A stretch of DNA of 64,000 bases from Candidatus Eiseniibacteriota bacterium (GTDB lineage: Bacteria > Eisenbacteria > RBG-16-71-46 > CAVPCR01). The number at the start of each line of letters is the position of its first letter. Position 1 is the stretch's first letter. The stretch covers positions 768,001 through 832,000 of the forward strand of contig CAWGMA010000003.1 of the NCBI GenBank assembly GCA_963823555.1. Reading direction: 5' to 3'. The notes beneath the pieces are model-generated. The model was not told where the DNA came from. It was given only the letters and a program-made list of their open reading frames with translations, and ran no database searches. The position numbers and the translations under genes are program-made. This document shows, one piece after another, positions 29,403-38,667 of this stretch.

Positions 29403-32189
29403 ATGGACGTCCGCACCCCGCGCCGCCTGCCGCCTCTCCCGCTCGTGACCACCGCCTTCCTGGTCCTCCTCTTCCTCGCTCCCGTTCTCGCGGCCGCCGC
29501 CGGCGCGGATGTCGCCGATCCGTACCGCGAGCTGCGCGTGGAGTGGGCTGATATGGAGGCCCATCGCGCCTCCCCGGCGCTCGCCGGCATCGAGGTCATG
29601 CATGTCGAGAAGGGTGAGTTCGTGAACCTCTTGGCCCGCGCGGCCGAGATCGACCAGCTCCAGTCCGCCGGCATCCCGTTCACCGTCGTGATCGAGGATC
29701 TCGAGGCTCACTACGTCGCCATGATGAACGACTGGGCAGCCAAGAGCGGCGAGGTCGAGAACTTCGGACCCTTCCATACCTACTCGGAGACCGTGATCGC
29801 GCTCGATGATCTGCACATGATGTATCCGGCGATCACGACCCAGAAGATCTCGCTCGGCACGACCTGGCAGGGGAACACCATCTGGGCGATGAAGATCTCC
29901 GACAACCCGACGATCGAGGAGCCGGGTGAGCCCGAAGTGCTGTTCGATGGCATGCATCATGCGCGCGAGGTGATGACCGTCGAGATGCTGCTCTCGTTCA
30001 TGGAACACCTCTGCGCCAACTACGGGACCGATCCCGAGGTCACCTTTCTCGTCGACAACCGCCAGGTCTGGTTCGTGCCGATCGTGAATCCCGACGGCTA
30101 TCTCTACAACGAGCAGACCAACCCCAACGGTGGCGGCATGTGGAGGAAGAACCGCCGCAACGATCTGGGCAGTTGCATCGGGGTCGATCTCAATCGCAAC
30201 TACGATTACGAGTGGGTGGGACCCGGATCGAGCACCGATCCTTGCAGCGACACCTATCGCGGACCGGCTCCGGCTTCCGAGTTCGAGATCCAGGCACTCA
30301 CCACCTTCATGAGCGATCATGAGTTCGTCACCCACAACTCTTACCACTCGGTCGCCGGTCTCATCCTCTTCCCCTGGGCGTATACCCTGGCGCACACGCC
30401 TGATGACGCTCTCTTCCGCCAGATGGCGAACGAGATGGCGCGGGACTCGAACTACCAGCCCGGGCAGCCGCCCGAGGTGCTCTACTCGGTCAACGGCGGG
30501 TCCATGGACTGGGCCTATGGCGAGCAGACCACCAAGCCCAAGATCTTCTCGTTCACGACGGAGATCAGCGGATCGGGCTTCTGGCCGGATCCGAGCGAGG
30601 CCCCGGGGCTCATCGCCGAGAACCTGTACTCGAACCTCTATCTGGTGCGCGCGGCCGGCGCCTTCCCCGACCTGGCGGGTTTCTCGGTGACAGGGGGCAA
30701 CGGCAACGGCCGGCTCGAGCCGGGCGAGACCGTGAACCTCGTCGTCACGATCAGGAACCAGGGGGTGATCGCCGCCGCCGAGGACGTGGTCGTGCGCTTG
30801 CGCTCGCATGACGCTTACGTCGCCCTGGGCTCCGCGACGAGCGCGCTGGGAACCATCGCTCCCGCGGGAAGCGCTACCAACGCCGGCAATCCGTTCATCG
30901 TGAGTGCCGATCCGTCGACGCCGGCCGGGCACATCGCCGAGTTCACCGTCGAGATCGAGAGCGCCGGGGGAATCGCGCTCGGACGCGACCTCGCGCTCAT
31001 GATCGGGCAGCCCGACTACTACTACTTCACCGATTTCGAGCCGGGAGACGGGGGCTGGACCCAGGATCCAGCGCACACGGCGACGACCGGCGCCTTCGTG
31101 CGCATCGATCCCAACCCCACCACCTTCCAGCCGGGTGACGACACGACACCCGATCCCGGCATCTACGCCTGGATCACGGGGCAGAACACCGATGTCGGCA
31201 CCGACGACGTGGATGGCGGGGTGAGCGCCACGCGCTCGCCGGTCATCGATCTCTCGGCCTATTCGACAGCTCGCCTGGTGCTCAACTACTTCCATGGCCA
31301 GCGCGACCAGGGCGACGACCCCACCGGGGACTACTTCCGCATCCAGCTCTCGAACGACGGTGGTGCAACCTACCCGGTGAATCTCGTCGAGATCGGTGAC
31401 GTGACGACGACTCCCCAATGGCGCGAGCTCAGCGTGGACCTGGAAAGCGTGCTGCCGCTCACCGCGATGATGCGCCTACGGGTCCTGGCCGCCGACGGCG
31501 CGGTCACGGGTGACATCATCGAGGGCGGCATCGACGATGTCGCGATCCTGAGTCCGGGAAGCGGCAACCGGCCGCCCGGCGCGCCCACGCTGGTCTCGCC
31601 GCCGAACGGCGCCGGCGGTCTCCCGGAATCTCCGTTGCTCGTCGTCGCCAACGCGATCGATCCCGAGGGCGACCCGCTCACCTATGGGTTCCGCGTCTAT
31701 TCGGATCCTCTTCTCACCGATCTCGTGCGGAGCGTGGACGGCGTGGCAGCGGGCGCGAGCCAGACCTCCTGGTCGGTGTCTCCGCCGCTCCTCGCCGGCA
31801 CGTACTACTGGCGGGCCTACGCCGCCGATTCCGAGCTGCGCGGCATGTTCATGCCGGCGGCGAGCTTCATGGTGGGGGCGGTGACAGCGACCGGCGAGGC
31901 CGGAGCTCCGTCGCGTCCCATGCTCTCCGCGCCGGCACCCAACCCGTTCGCTGCGGGGACCGTCGTCACGTACCAGCTCGCACACCCCTCCCGGGTTCGA
32001 CTCGACCTGTTCGATGCCGCTGGACGGCATGTGCGGCGGCTGGTGGACGGGGGCGGTGCTGAGGGGCTCTATCAGGTCTCCTGGGATGGCCGTGACACGC
32101 GCGGCAATGCCGTGGCTCCGGGGATCTACCTCGCCCAGCTCTGGGTGGACGGAGCCGTGGAGACGCAAAAGCTGGTGCGGCTCAAGTAG
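29403..32189 (+). CDS. Secreted M14 zinc carboxypeptidase (carboxypeptidase T-like) with accessory Ig domains and FlgD-Ig/T9SS-like CTD
   Basis: HHARE, NPDG, WRKNR, GVDLNRNY, YHS, FTTE; CTD PNPF...FDAAGRHV...WDG...GIY. Confidence 0.93.
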   Translation: MDVRTPRRLPPLPLVTTAFLVLLFLAPVLAAAAGADVADPYRELRVEWADMEAHRASPALAGIEVMHVEKGEFVNLLARAAEIDQLQSAGIPFTVVIEDLEAHYVAMMNDWAAKSGEVENFGPFHTYSETVIALDDLHMMYPAITTQKISLGTTWQGNTIWAMKISDNPTIEEPGEPEVLFDGMHHAREVMTVEMLLSFMEHLCANYGTDPEVTFLVDNRQVWFVPIVNPDGYLYNEQTNPNGGGMWRKNRRNDLGSCIGVDLNRNYDYEWVGPGSSTDPCSDTYRGPAPASEFEIQALTTFMSDHEFVTHNSYHSVAGLILFPWAYTLAHTPDDALFRQMANEMARDSNYQPGQPPEVLYSVNGGSMDWAYGEQTTKPKIFSFTTEISGSGFWPDPSEAPGLIAENLYSNLYLVRAAGAFPDLAGFSVTGGNGNGRLEPGETVNLVVTIRNQGVIAAAEDVVVRLRSHDAYVALGSATSALGTIAPAGSATNAGNPFIVSADPSTPAGHIAEFTVEIESAGGIALGRDLALMIGQPDYYYFTDFEPGDGGWTQDPAHTATTGAFVRIDPNPTTFQPGDDTTPDPGIYAWITGQNTDVGTDDVDGGVSATRSPVIDLSAYSTARLVLNYFHGQRDQGDDPTGDYFRIQLSNDGGATYPVNLVEIGDVTTTPQWRELSVDLESVLPLTAMMRLRVLAADGAVTGDIIEGGIDDVAILSPGSGNRPPGAPTLVSPPNGAGGLPESPLLVVANAIDPEGDPLTYGFRVYSDPLLTDLVRSVDGVAAGASQTSWSVSPPLLAGTYYWRAYAADSELRGMFMPAASFMVGAVTATGEAGAPSRPMLSAPAPNPFAAGTVVTYQLAHPSRVRLDLFDAAGRHVRRLVDGGGAEGLYQVSWDGRDTRGNAVAPGIYLAQLWVDGAVETQKLVRLK

Positions 32190-32216
32190 CAGCTGGCGAA
32201 AGACGGGAAAAGGGAC

Positions 32217-32249
32217 GGGGCGCGGGCTTCAAGCCCGCGCCCCTCTTTC
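32217..32249. terminator. Perfect inverted repeat, probable bidirectional terminator
   Basis: GGGGCGCGGGCTT-C-AAGCCCGCGCCCC followed by TCTTTC, with GAAAAGG upstream; lies between convergent genes. Confidence 0.65.
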
Positions 32250-32347
32250 GTCCGCCTGGCGGAGGTTCGCAACGATCGGCGATGGGGTCGGATGGCGCAG
32301 CCGATCGGGGTGTTTCACCCGGCAGAGCGCCAGGAACGTGCCGGCGT

Positions 32348-32572
32348 CTAGCGCGGAGGAGAGGAGTCGCTCGTCTGCTCCCACCCCAGGCTGTCCTCGA
32401 ACTCCTGCAACGAGAACCGGCCGTCGCTGCTCTCGAGGGCCACGCCCGCCAGGTGCAGCGATGCCGCGTTGTTGAGGCTCGGTTCGCGCAGATAGAGCGA
32501 GTACGCGTCGAGGAACGCATCCCACCTCTGCTTGCGCTCGGTGTCGCCGTTCTTGACGGGGGTCTCTAGCAT
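32348..32572 (-). CDS. Small acidic hypothetical protein (74 aa)
   Basis: Strong GAGGAGG RBS before ATG 32572; GC-biased codon usage. Confidence 0.65.
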   Translation of the reverse strand: MLETPVKNGDTERKQRWDAFLDAYSLYLREPSLNNAASLHLAGVALESSDGRFSLQEFEDSLGWEQTSDSSPPR

Positions 32573-32743
32573 GGAGAACACCTCCTCTCGCCCGCGCACC
32601 GGTCGCGACGCGACTCGTCGCGGTCCACGCTCAGCTCAGTGCCGATCATCTGGAGCTCGCTCCGGATGCTCTGGCCATGGCCTCTGCGTTCCCCGGAGGG
32701 CACTTGCGGCTCTCTTAATCTGACGCCTCGTTCACCCTTATTT

Positions 32744-32759
32744 TGCATTCTTCGTACCA
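32744..32759 (-). promoter_or_regulatory. Putative sigma54 (-24/-12) promoter
   Basis: Minus strand reads TGGTACG-AAGA-ATGCA with GG-N10-GC spacing, in an AT-richer gap upstream of the 74-aa gene. Confidence 0.5.
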
Positions 32760-33049
32760 ATCGGCACGAAATGCGTGATCGAGGGCGCCCAGGACATCTC
32801 AAGTCCTTGTCAAGACAGTCGTTGGCTCATTTCCGGGGGGCGTATCGGAGGTGACGACTCGGATGGAGTCACGATTTTGAAACACTCTTCGGCTGCCGTT
32901 TGTTCCACATCGGTGCGGCGTGGCGGAAGCATCCATCGATCTGCACGCACGCACCGTCGTTGAAGCTTAGCAAGGAGCCCCGGCTCGCGCCAGAGCGTGG
33001 CGGCCCGTTCTGAAGTGGCCGCAAACTCGCTCGCTCGCCCGCTCGGCGA

Positions 33050-33640
33050 TCAATGCTCGTAGCTTCGGGTCAGCGGCTTCGAATCGAGATAGTTGAAGAG
33101 GAGGAGGATGACACCCAGGCCGCCGAGGATGAGGAGGACGCGACGTGTCAAGCTCCCGGTCTCCAGCACCTCGACCGTGGCGTTCGCCGCGGCGAGAATC
33201 TCCCCTCCCTGGCCCAGGAGCCGAACGACATAGGCGTGGTGGCCGAGCTCCATCGGCTCCTTGAGCGGACCGAGGGAGATCGAACCTTCGGCCGCCGTCT
33301 CGCCCTGGGTGACGGCGAACGGACCGCCGTGGTCGGCGGCCTCGAAGCTCACCGTGAACTTGTGGGCGACGCTGCGCGCCCGGGCGTCGAGTTGCCACGT
33401 GGGTGGCTCGGGGTGCGCGCGCCCGATGATGACCGGATCCGGTGCCACCGTGAGCTCGACCGGCCCGGGCGTTCCCATCCTCCCCGCGAGACCGATCGTC
33501 ACCCGGTCCCCGCTCTGTGCGCGGGCCATGCCGGCCGGCGCCATGGTCACGCCCAGAACCGTCATGAACAAGGCGAGCAGGAGCGATTCGCAAGAGGAAT
33601 TCCGCGCAGCGCTTGAACCACGAAGGATGCGAGCGATCAT
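33050..33640 (-). CDS. Hypothetical membrane-anchored protein
   Basis: Signal-like N-terminal segment, beta-rich middle, C-terminal TM VLLILGGLGVILLLF; start uncertain. Confidence 0.6.
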   Translation of the reverse strand: MIARILRGSSAARNSSCESLLLALFMTVLGVTMAPAGMARAQSGDRVTIGLAGRMGTPGPVELTVAPDPVIIGRAHPEPPTWQLDARARSVAHKFTVSFEAADHGGPFAVTQGETAAEGSISLGPLKEPMELGHHAYVVRLLGQGGEILAAANATVEVLETGSLTRRVLLILGGLGVILLLFNYLDSKPLTRSYEH

Positions 33641-33752
33641 CTTGGCCTCACCGCTTTGGGTCCACTGATTCGCCAGCCGCTCGGGATGGCGATCCGGCCG
33701 GTGGATGATAACGCAAAGCCGACCGCAATCGGAACCGGGGTGCCCGGTCCTC

Positions 33753-34247
33753 TCACTCGCTGAGGACGCGCCTGCCGCCGAGGAAGCGCTCGCGAAAGTA
33801 GCCTTCATCGAGTGCGCTCACCCGGACCTCGTCCCCGCTGCCTGGCGCATGCACGAACTTCCCATCTCCGACATAGACGCCGACATGGGTTGGTTTCTGG
33901 CCCCTGGTGCGGAAGACGAGGATGTCCCCTGGCGCGAGCGCGTCGCGTGTAACCGGGGCTCCCGTGCGTGAGAGATCCTCCGCCGTTCGCGGCAGCGGGT
34001 AGCCGCGGTCGAGGTATACGCGCTGGACGAGCCCCGAGCAATCGATGCCGCGGCGGTCGGTTCCCCCCCGCCGGTAGGGGGTGCCGACATAGCCGAGGGC
34101 GTCCTCCGCCACGCGGGCCGCGGTCCCCGGCGCGGCGATCCACATCTCCGCCGGGGTCGTCGGAACGCCAGGTGGTGGCGGACCTCCGCAGCCGGCGAGC
34201 GCGAGCAGGACGGCGATCGTCGCAGCCAGGCGGAATCGTGCGCGCAT
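33753..34247 (-). CDS. NlpC/P60 (C40) peptidoglycan endopeptidase lipoprotein
   Basis: Lipobox LALAGC; GTPYRRGG, DCSGL, PGDILVF, HVGVY, FVHA. Confidence 0.93.
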   Translation of the reverse strand: MRARFRLAATIAVLLALAGCGGPPPPGVPTTPAEMWIAAPGTAARVAEDALGYVGTPYRRGGTDRRGIDCSGLVQRVYLDRGYPLPRTAEDLSRTGAPVTRDALAPGDILVFRTRGQKPTHVGVYVGDGKFVHAPGSGDEVRVSALDEGYFRERFLGGRRVLSE

Positions 34248-34296
34248 GCCGGTTCCCGCCAATCGCCCCCGGGCATCCACCGCACCCCCCGGGGGG

Positions 34297-35001
34297 CTAT
34301 TTCCTGAGCGCCCGAACCTCATCTCGAAGATCGATGTAGGGTGTCTGGCAGGGGAGCCCTTCCGCGTACGCCACGTGATCGGGATGCGAGGAATCCGCTC
34401 CCAGGGCGATCAGCATCGAGGACACGGTGCCGTAGTGCTCCCCGTGCTTGCAGACGGCATAGCCGTGCGAGCCGTGATCCCGGCAAGTCGTCGCCAGCAT
34501 CTCGAGCACCTTGGGCAGCTCGGTGGGCGGCGCGAGATCACCGAGGTCGAGCTCGCCGAGCTCGTGCTCGTTGGTGAGAACATGGGTTCCCGGGCTCAGC
34601 GCTCGGGTGGCGACCCCATCACCGCCACACAAGATGAACGCATCGCGCTCGTCGGCGATGAGCATATTGAATGGGTTCTGCGGCGCGGAGAAGCCGGTGC
34701 GTTCGACACGGGATACCGCCGCCCGGGCACTGGGGGCAGCCAGCGCTCCCGTCACCAGGAGCCCGCGCGAGGGTCGCTCCGGGTCCCGGTCCTCTGCCGA
34801 GCGATTGGTGATGCCGGCGAAGATGCCCTTGCGGTTGATCCCGATCCAGGTGCCGCCGGCCCTGCGATCCCGCGGCGCCAGGAAACCCTCGGGCCAGAGC
34901 GCCGGGGGATCGCTCAGCCTCTGTCGAGCCTCATCGCGATTGGCGGCGACGACGATCGGATATCCCGGGATCACCCGGTGATGCAGGATGAGCAGGCACA
35001 T
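34297..35001 (-). CDS. NRDE/TANGO2 family protein
   Basis: N-terminal MC, AANRDE, GGTWIG, SRG.LV, YGTVSS. Confidence 0.92.
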   Translation of the reverse strand: MCLLILHHRVIPGYPIVVAANRDEARQRLSDPPALWPEGFLAPRDRRAGGTWIGINRKGIFAGITNRSAEDRDPERPSRGLLVTGALAAPSARAAVSRVERTGFSAPQNPFNMLIADERDAFILCGGDGVATRALSPGTHVLTNEHELGELDLGDLAPPTELPKVLEMLATTCRDHGSHGYAVCKHGEHYGTVSSMLIALGADSSHPDHVAYAEGLPCQTPYIDLRDEVRALRK

Positions 35002-35012
35002 GAACGGTGGCG

Positions 35013-35567
35013 TCAGAGTTCACATCGTGAATCGAGCCGGCGCTTGCAGGTGAAGGTGACAAGACCGGAGCATCCCCCGTATCCAGTGCACTCGCTGTCG
35101 CCCGCGAACTGGATATTGACGATGTAATTCACGAAGAAAGCCGTGTCCCCGGATGCCGAGATATCGCCCTCGAAGCGCGTGATGAGCGAGCAGGCTCCGG
35201 CATCGTGGCGGTATTGCGCCATCACCGTTCCGGACCGGCCGGAGATGCTGGTCCCCGAGAAATCGCCCTCTCCATAGTAGGGTTCGACGAGCGTGAGATG
35301 GGTCACCGTGTCGACGACGGCGAACAGGCTCTCACCCCCGGCCACGGTGAGAATGTTCATGACGCTGTCGAGCGCCGTGCGGCAAGGGCCGGGGTTCCCG
35401 AAGACCTGCGATCCACTACGGATGTGCCAGCAGCCGGTGAAGGCATCGATGTTGACGGAGTCACCGTCGACCGGGGGGCCGATGGGGTTGCCACCGTCAT
35501 CGTCATCGCCGCAGGCGATCCAGATGAGCCCCAGGGCCAGGAGGAAGATGGCGAGCAGTCGTTTCAT
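35013..35567 (-). CDS. Hypothetical lipoprotein
   Basis: MKRLLAIFLLALGLIWIAC-GDDDD lipoprotein signal; the real gene at the 3' end of a long shadow ORF; several Cys. Confidence 0.75.
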   Translation of the reverse strand: MKRLLAIFLLALGLIWIACGDDDDGGNPIGPPVDGDSVNIDAFTGCWHIRSGSQVFGNPGPCRTALDSVMNILTVAGGESLFAVVDTVTHLTLVEPYYGEGDFSGTSISGRSGTVMAQYRHDAGACSLITRFEGDISASGDTAFFVNYIVNIQFAGDSECTGYGGCSGLVTFTCKRRLDSRCEL

Positions 35568-35864
35568 TGAAATCGTCCGCGGGGGATGGCCAGGAACGAC
35601 GGGGGTGACGCCGGCATCATAGCACGGCGGCCGCGGCGAGCGTGTCCGGGCCCTCGCCGCCGGCCATGGCCGCCGGCCCATCGCCGGTTCGCGGGCCAGT
35701 TCCCACGCTCTCCCCCTGCCGCATTCTGCCTGGGCGATGTGTCCCCGGCGGTGGACCGAGGGTTCGGCTGCCGCTATCATGGAGCACCTCGAGAAGCGAG
35801 ATCGCGGTAGTTCCCCCGCCCGCGTCTGATTCCACCATTTCTCCAGAGAGGTTCTTCCCCGCCC

Positions 35865-38543
35865 ATGTCCCCAACCATGGAGTGGACCGGCACTCTCGAT
35901 CGGCTGGTCAAGGAACCGGCGCTCGATCGGCATCTCCTGGATGCGCTCGATGAGCTGGTCGAGCAGGTGCCCCATGACGAGCTCGATCGGGTCGCGAACG
36001 CGGTCGAGGCGCGTCTTCCCGAACGCGGCATCCATCCCAGCCTGCACTACCTGCTGGCCCGGCTCACGGCGCGGCGCGGCGAACGGGAGGAGACGGCCGC
36101 CGGGCTGGAGCGGCTCCTCGAGCGCATGAATCAGGACGGCGACTTTCCATTGCTGGTCGAGGTCGGCCTCCGTAACGCCGACTGGCTTCCCGGCGACCGC
36201 TGGGTTCCGCTCCTGGTGCGAGCGGCCCGCATCGAGCCGGCGGCTGTCGACGATGGCGTGCTCGATGAGATGGTGGCCCGGTACCCGGAGGATCCGCGGC
36301 TGCACTGGATCATCGGGTTGCGCGCTCTCGCCGCCCGACCCGGAGATCGCTCCGCCCTCGCCCATCTCGGCCGCGCCCTCACTCATCTCGCTCGTGAAGG
36401 CGATCCGGAGGATCTCGAGGAAGCGGCGATCCCGATCGTCGACGCGCTCGATGGGGAGCTGGTCGACGATTTCATGCTCATGATCGCCGCGCTCATCGAA
36501 CGTCATCGCTACGCCGACGCCCGCACCTACCTCGAGCTGGCACTCGACGCGCTCCTCGAGTCCGGGCAAGCGCAGGCGATCTGGGATCTCTTGAAACCGG
36601 CTCTCCTGCGCGGCGAAGAAAGCGCTGCATTGCGACCCGCTGCGCTCGCCGCCCTCGGTCACCTGCGCCCGGACATCCCGCGCCACGAGAAGGTCATCGC
36701 CGTTTCCGGGCTCGCCGATCGCGATGTATCGTTCGACAAGGCATTCACCCGCTACGCGCTGCTCATGGAGTTCCCACCCGGGGGCTATATCGAGCATGCC
36801 AGCTGGGGTGTGGGCGAGATCCTGGACCACGACGGCGAGAACGTGACCGTGCGTTTCGCGGGGAAGCCGGAGCATGTCTTCAAGCGGACGCTGGCCGAGC
36901 GCGCCCTGGAGCGGCGCGATCGAGACGACCTGCGAGTTCTTCTCGTCTTTGCCTCGGATCGCCTGGCCGCGATGCGCGAGCAGGATCCCGCCGGACTCGT
37001 GGCGGCCGCCTTGCGCTCGACCGGAGGCGAGGCCAAGCCACGCGACGTGAAGCGCCTGCTCTCGCCGGCGGTGATTCCGGCCGAGGGCTGGAGCGAGTGG
37101 TGGAAGAAGGCCAGGAAGATCCTGGAAGACGATGAGCGCATCGATCTCACGCAGAGCTTCCGGGATCTGATCCGGCTCGCCGACCAGCCGGGAGCGGAGA
37201 GTGGCGAGGTGCCGCTCCCCAACCTCGAGGATCGGGGCGATGTGGCGCGCCAGCTCAAGCTGCTCCGCCGTTTTCTCACGCAGCACCCCGACGCCACGGT
37301 GCGGGCCGGACGCGCCCACTCGCGCCGGCTCGAGCGCTGGCTCGAAACGCGCAAGCTCGCCGCCGAGGAGCGCATCCTGATCCTCATGCTCCTGGCTGAA
37401 TGGGATCGGGAAGCGGAGGCCCGCCTGCGCGATGGGATCGCCGCGGCGGCGCGCTCGGGCTTCTCTCTTGCCGAGTTTCCCGAGACCAGCGATCAGCAGC
37501 GCATGCTCACCCTCGGTCTCTCCGCCAAGGACTGGCCGGCGGTGGCCATGGCGGCCCTCGACTCGAAGCAGCCCGCGATCCGCGACCGTGCGATCGCTGT
37601 GATCGAGGAGCGGCTGGGTCCGGATGCGGAAGCGCTCTATCGGAGCGTGCTCGAGGCGAGTCCGGCGCGCGGCGATGCCGTCGTGGAGGTGGTGCGCCGC
37701 GCCCTCGAGGAGGAGACCGCCGCCCTCAAGGCGATCCCGGCAGTGAATCTCTTCGTGGCGGCGCTGCGACTGCTCTCGGATCCGGAGCGCGAGACGCTGC
37801 GCAAGCAGGCCCAGGTGTTCCTCGATGGGGAGGGTCCGCTCTTCGCCCGCCTGTCCTCCGAACCGGCGGACAGCCCGGCTGCCGAGCAGGTGGAGCTGTC
37901 GCTTCTCAACTTCCGTGCTTCGGATCAGTACCTGTTCCCGATCCTCGCCTCGCTCGAGCAGATCTGGGGGCCATCGGTGATCGAGGTCATCCATCGCCGG
38001 CGCGAGCGCGAGAGCAAGAAGATCGCGGCCCGCATGGATGACGAGATCGGCGAGCTGCCGGTCGGTCTCATGACTCGAGCGAGCTTCGATGCCCTGCGGA
38101 CCGAGATGGAGCGTGTGGACCTCGAGCTGCGCACAACGATCCCGCGGGCGATCCAGAAGGCGCGAGAACTCGGCGACCTGCGCGAGAACGGCGAATACGA
38201 ATCGGCCAAGCTCAAGCAGCGGCAGGCCAGCGAGCGGCTCGCCCTCCTGATGCGGCAGATGGCCGACGCCCAGGTGATCGAGGATCTCCCGATCGACGAC
38301 TCGCGCGTGGTGGCGGGGACCGAGGTCACGCTCGAGCCGGTGGACGGCGGGCCGAGCCTTTGCTACTGGGTGCTCGGCGATGGGGATTCTCGCCACGGAT
38401 CGAACGTCATCTCCTACCGCGCCGATCTGGGACGCGCCCTCTGGCGCCGGCGTCCGGGCGATGAAGTCGATCTGCCGCTTCCCGCTGGGCTCCGGCGGGT
38501 CCGTATCGGCAATGTGGTCAAACGCTTACCAGCGGCCGGCTGA
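35865..38543 (+). CDS. greA: Long-form transcription elongation factor GreA (large N-terminal extension)
   Basis: C-terminal GreA: AIQKARELGDLRENGEYESAK, V..GT.V, ISY...LGRAL...GD; ~730-aa helical N-terminus containing HASWGVGEI and WSEWWKKARK. Confidence 0.85.
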   Translation: MSPTMEWTGTLDRLVKEPALDRHLLDALDELVEQVPHDELDRVANAVEARLPERGIHPSLHYLLARLTARRGEREETAAGLERLLERMNQDGDFPLLVEVGLRNADWLPGDRWVPLLVRAARIEPAAVDDGVLDEMVARYPEDPRLHWIIGLRALAARPGDRSALAHLGRALTHLAREGDPEDLEEAAIPIVDALDGELVDDFMLMIAALIERHRYADARTYLELALDALLESGQAQAIWDLLKPALLRGEESAALRPAALAALGHLRPDIPRHEKVIAVSGLADRDVSFDKAFTRYALLMEFPPGGYIEHASWGVGEILDHDGENVTVRFAGKPEHVFKRTLAERALERRDRDDLRVLLVFASDRLAAMREQDPAGLVAAALRSTGGEAKPRDVKRLLSPAVIPAEGWSEWWKKARKILEDDERIDLTQSFRDLIRLADQPGAESGEVPLPNLEDRGDVARQLKLLRRFLTQHPDATVRAGRAHSRRLERWLETRKLAAEERILILMLLAEWDREAEARLRDGIAAAARSGFSLAEFPETSDQQRMLTLGLSAKDWPAVAMAALDSKQPAIRDRAIAVIEERLGPDAEALYRSVLEASPARGDAVVEVVRRALEEETAALKAIPAVNLFVAALRLLSDPERETLRKQAQVFLDGEGPLFARLSSEPADSPAAEQVELSLLNFRASDQYLFPILASLEQIWGPSVIEVIHRRRERESKKIAARMDDEIGELPVGLMTRASFDALRTEMERVDLELRTTIPRAIQKARELGDLRENGEYESAKLKQRQASERLALLMRQMADAQVIEDLPIDDSRVVAGTEVTLEPVDGGPSLCYWVLGDGDSRHGSNVISYRADLGRALWRRRPGDEVDLPLPAGLRRVRIGNVVKRLPAAG

Positions 38544-38567
38544 CGGCGGAAGGGATGGGTTTTGAGG

Positions 38568-38607
38568 TCGACAGTGGATAACTGATATGCTATCTTATGT
38601 TTAGCAT
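38568..38607 (+). promoter_or_regulatory. Putative sigma70 promoter overlapped by an inverted repeat
   Basis: TCGACA-17 nt-TATCTT with extended TG; ATGCTA-N9-TAGCAT inverted repeat at 38587-38607. Confidence 0.5.
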
Positions 38608-38667
38608 TTGGAGCCCGGCTGTTGCGATCCGCGCCGGCATCTTTGAACCACCAACAGGAGGCGTGCG

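Noticed and set aside
35568..38396. 1127-aa minus-strand ORF as a single giant protein
   Set aside because: It is mostly antisense to greA; only the last 184 codons (35013-35567) look like a real lipoprotein gene.
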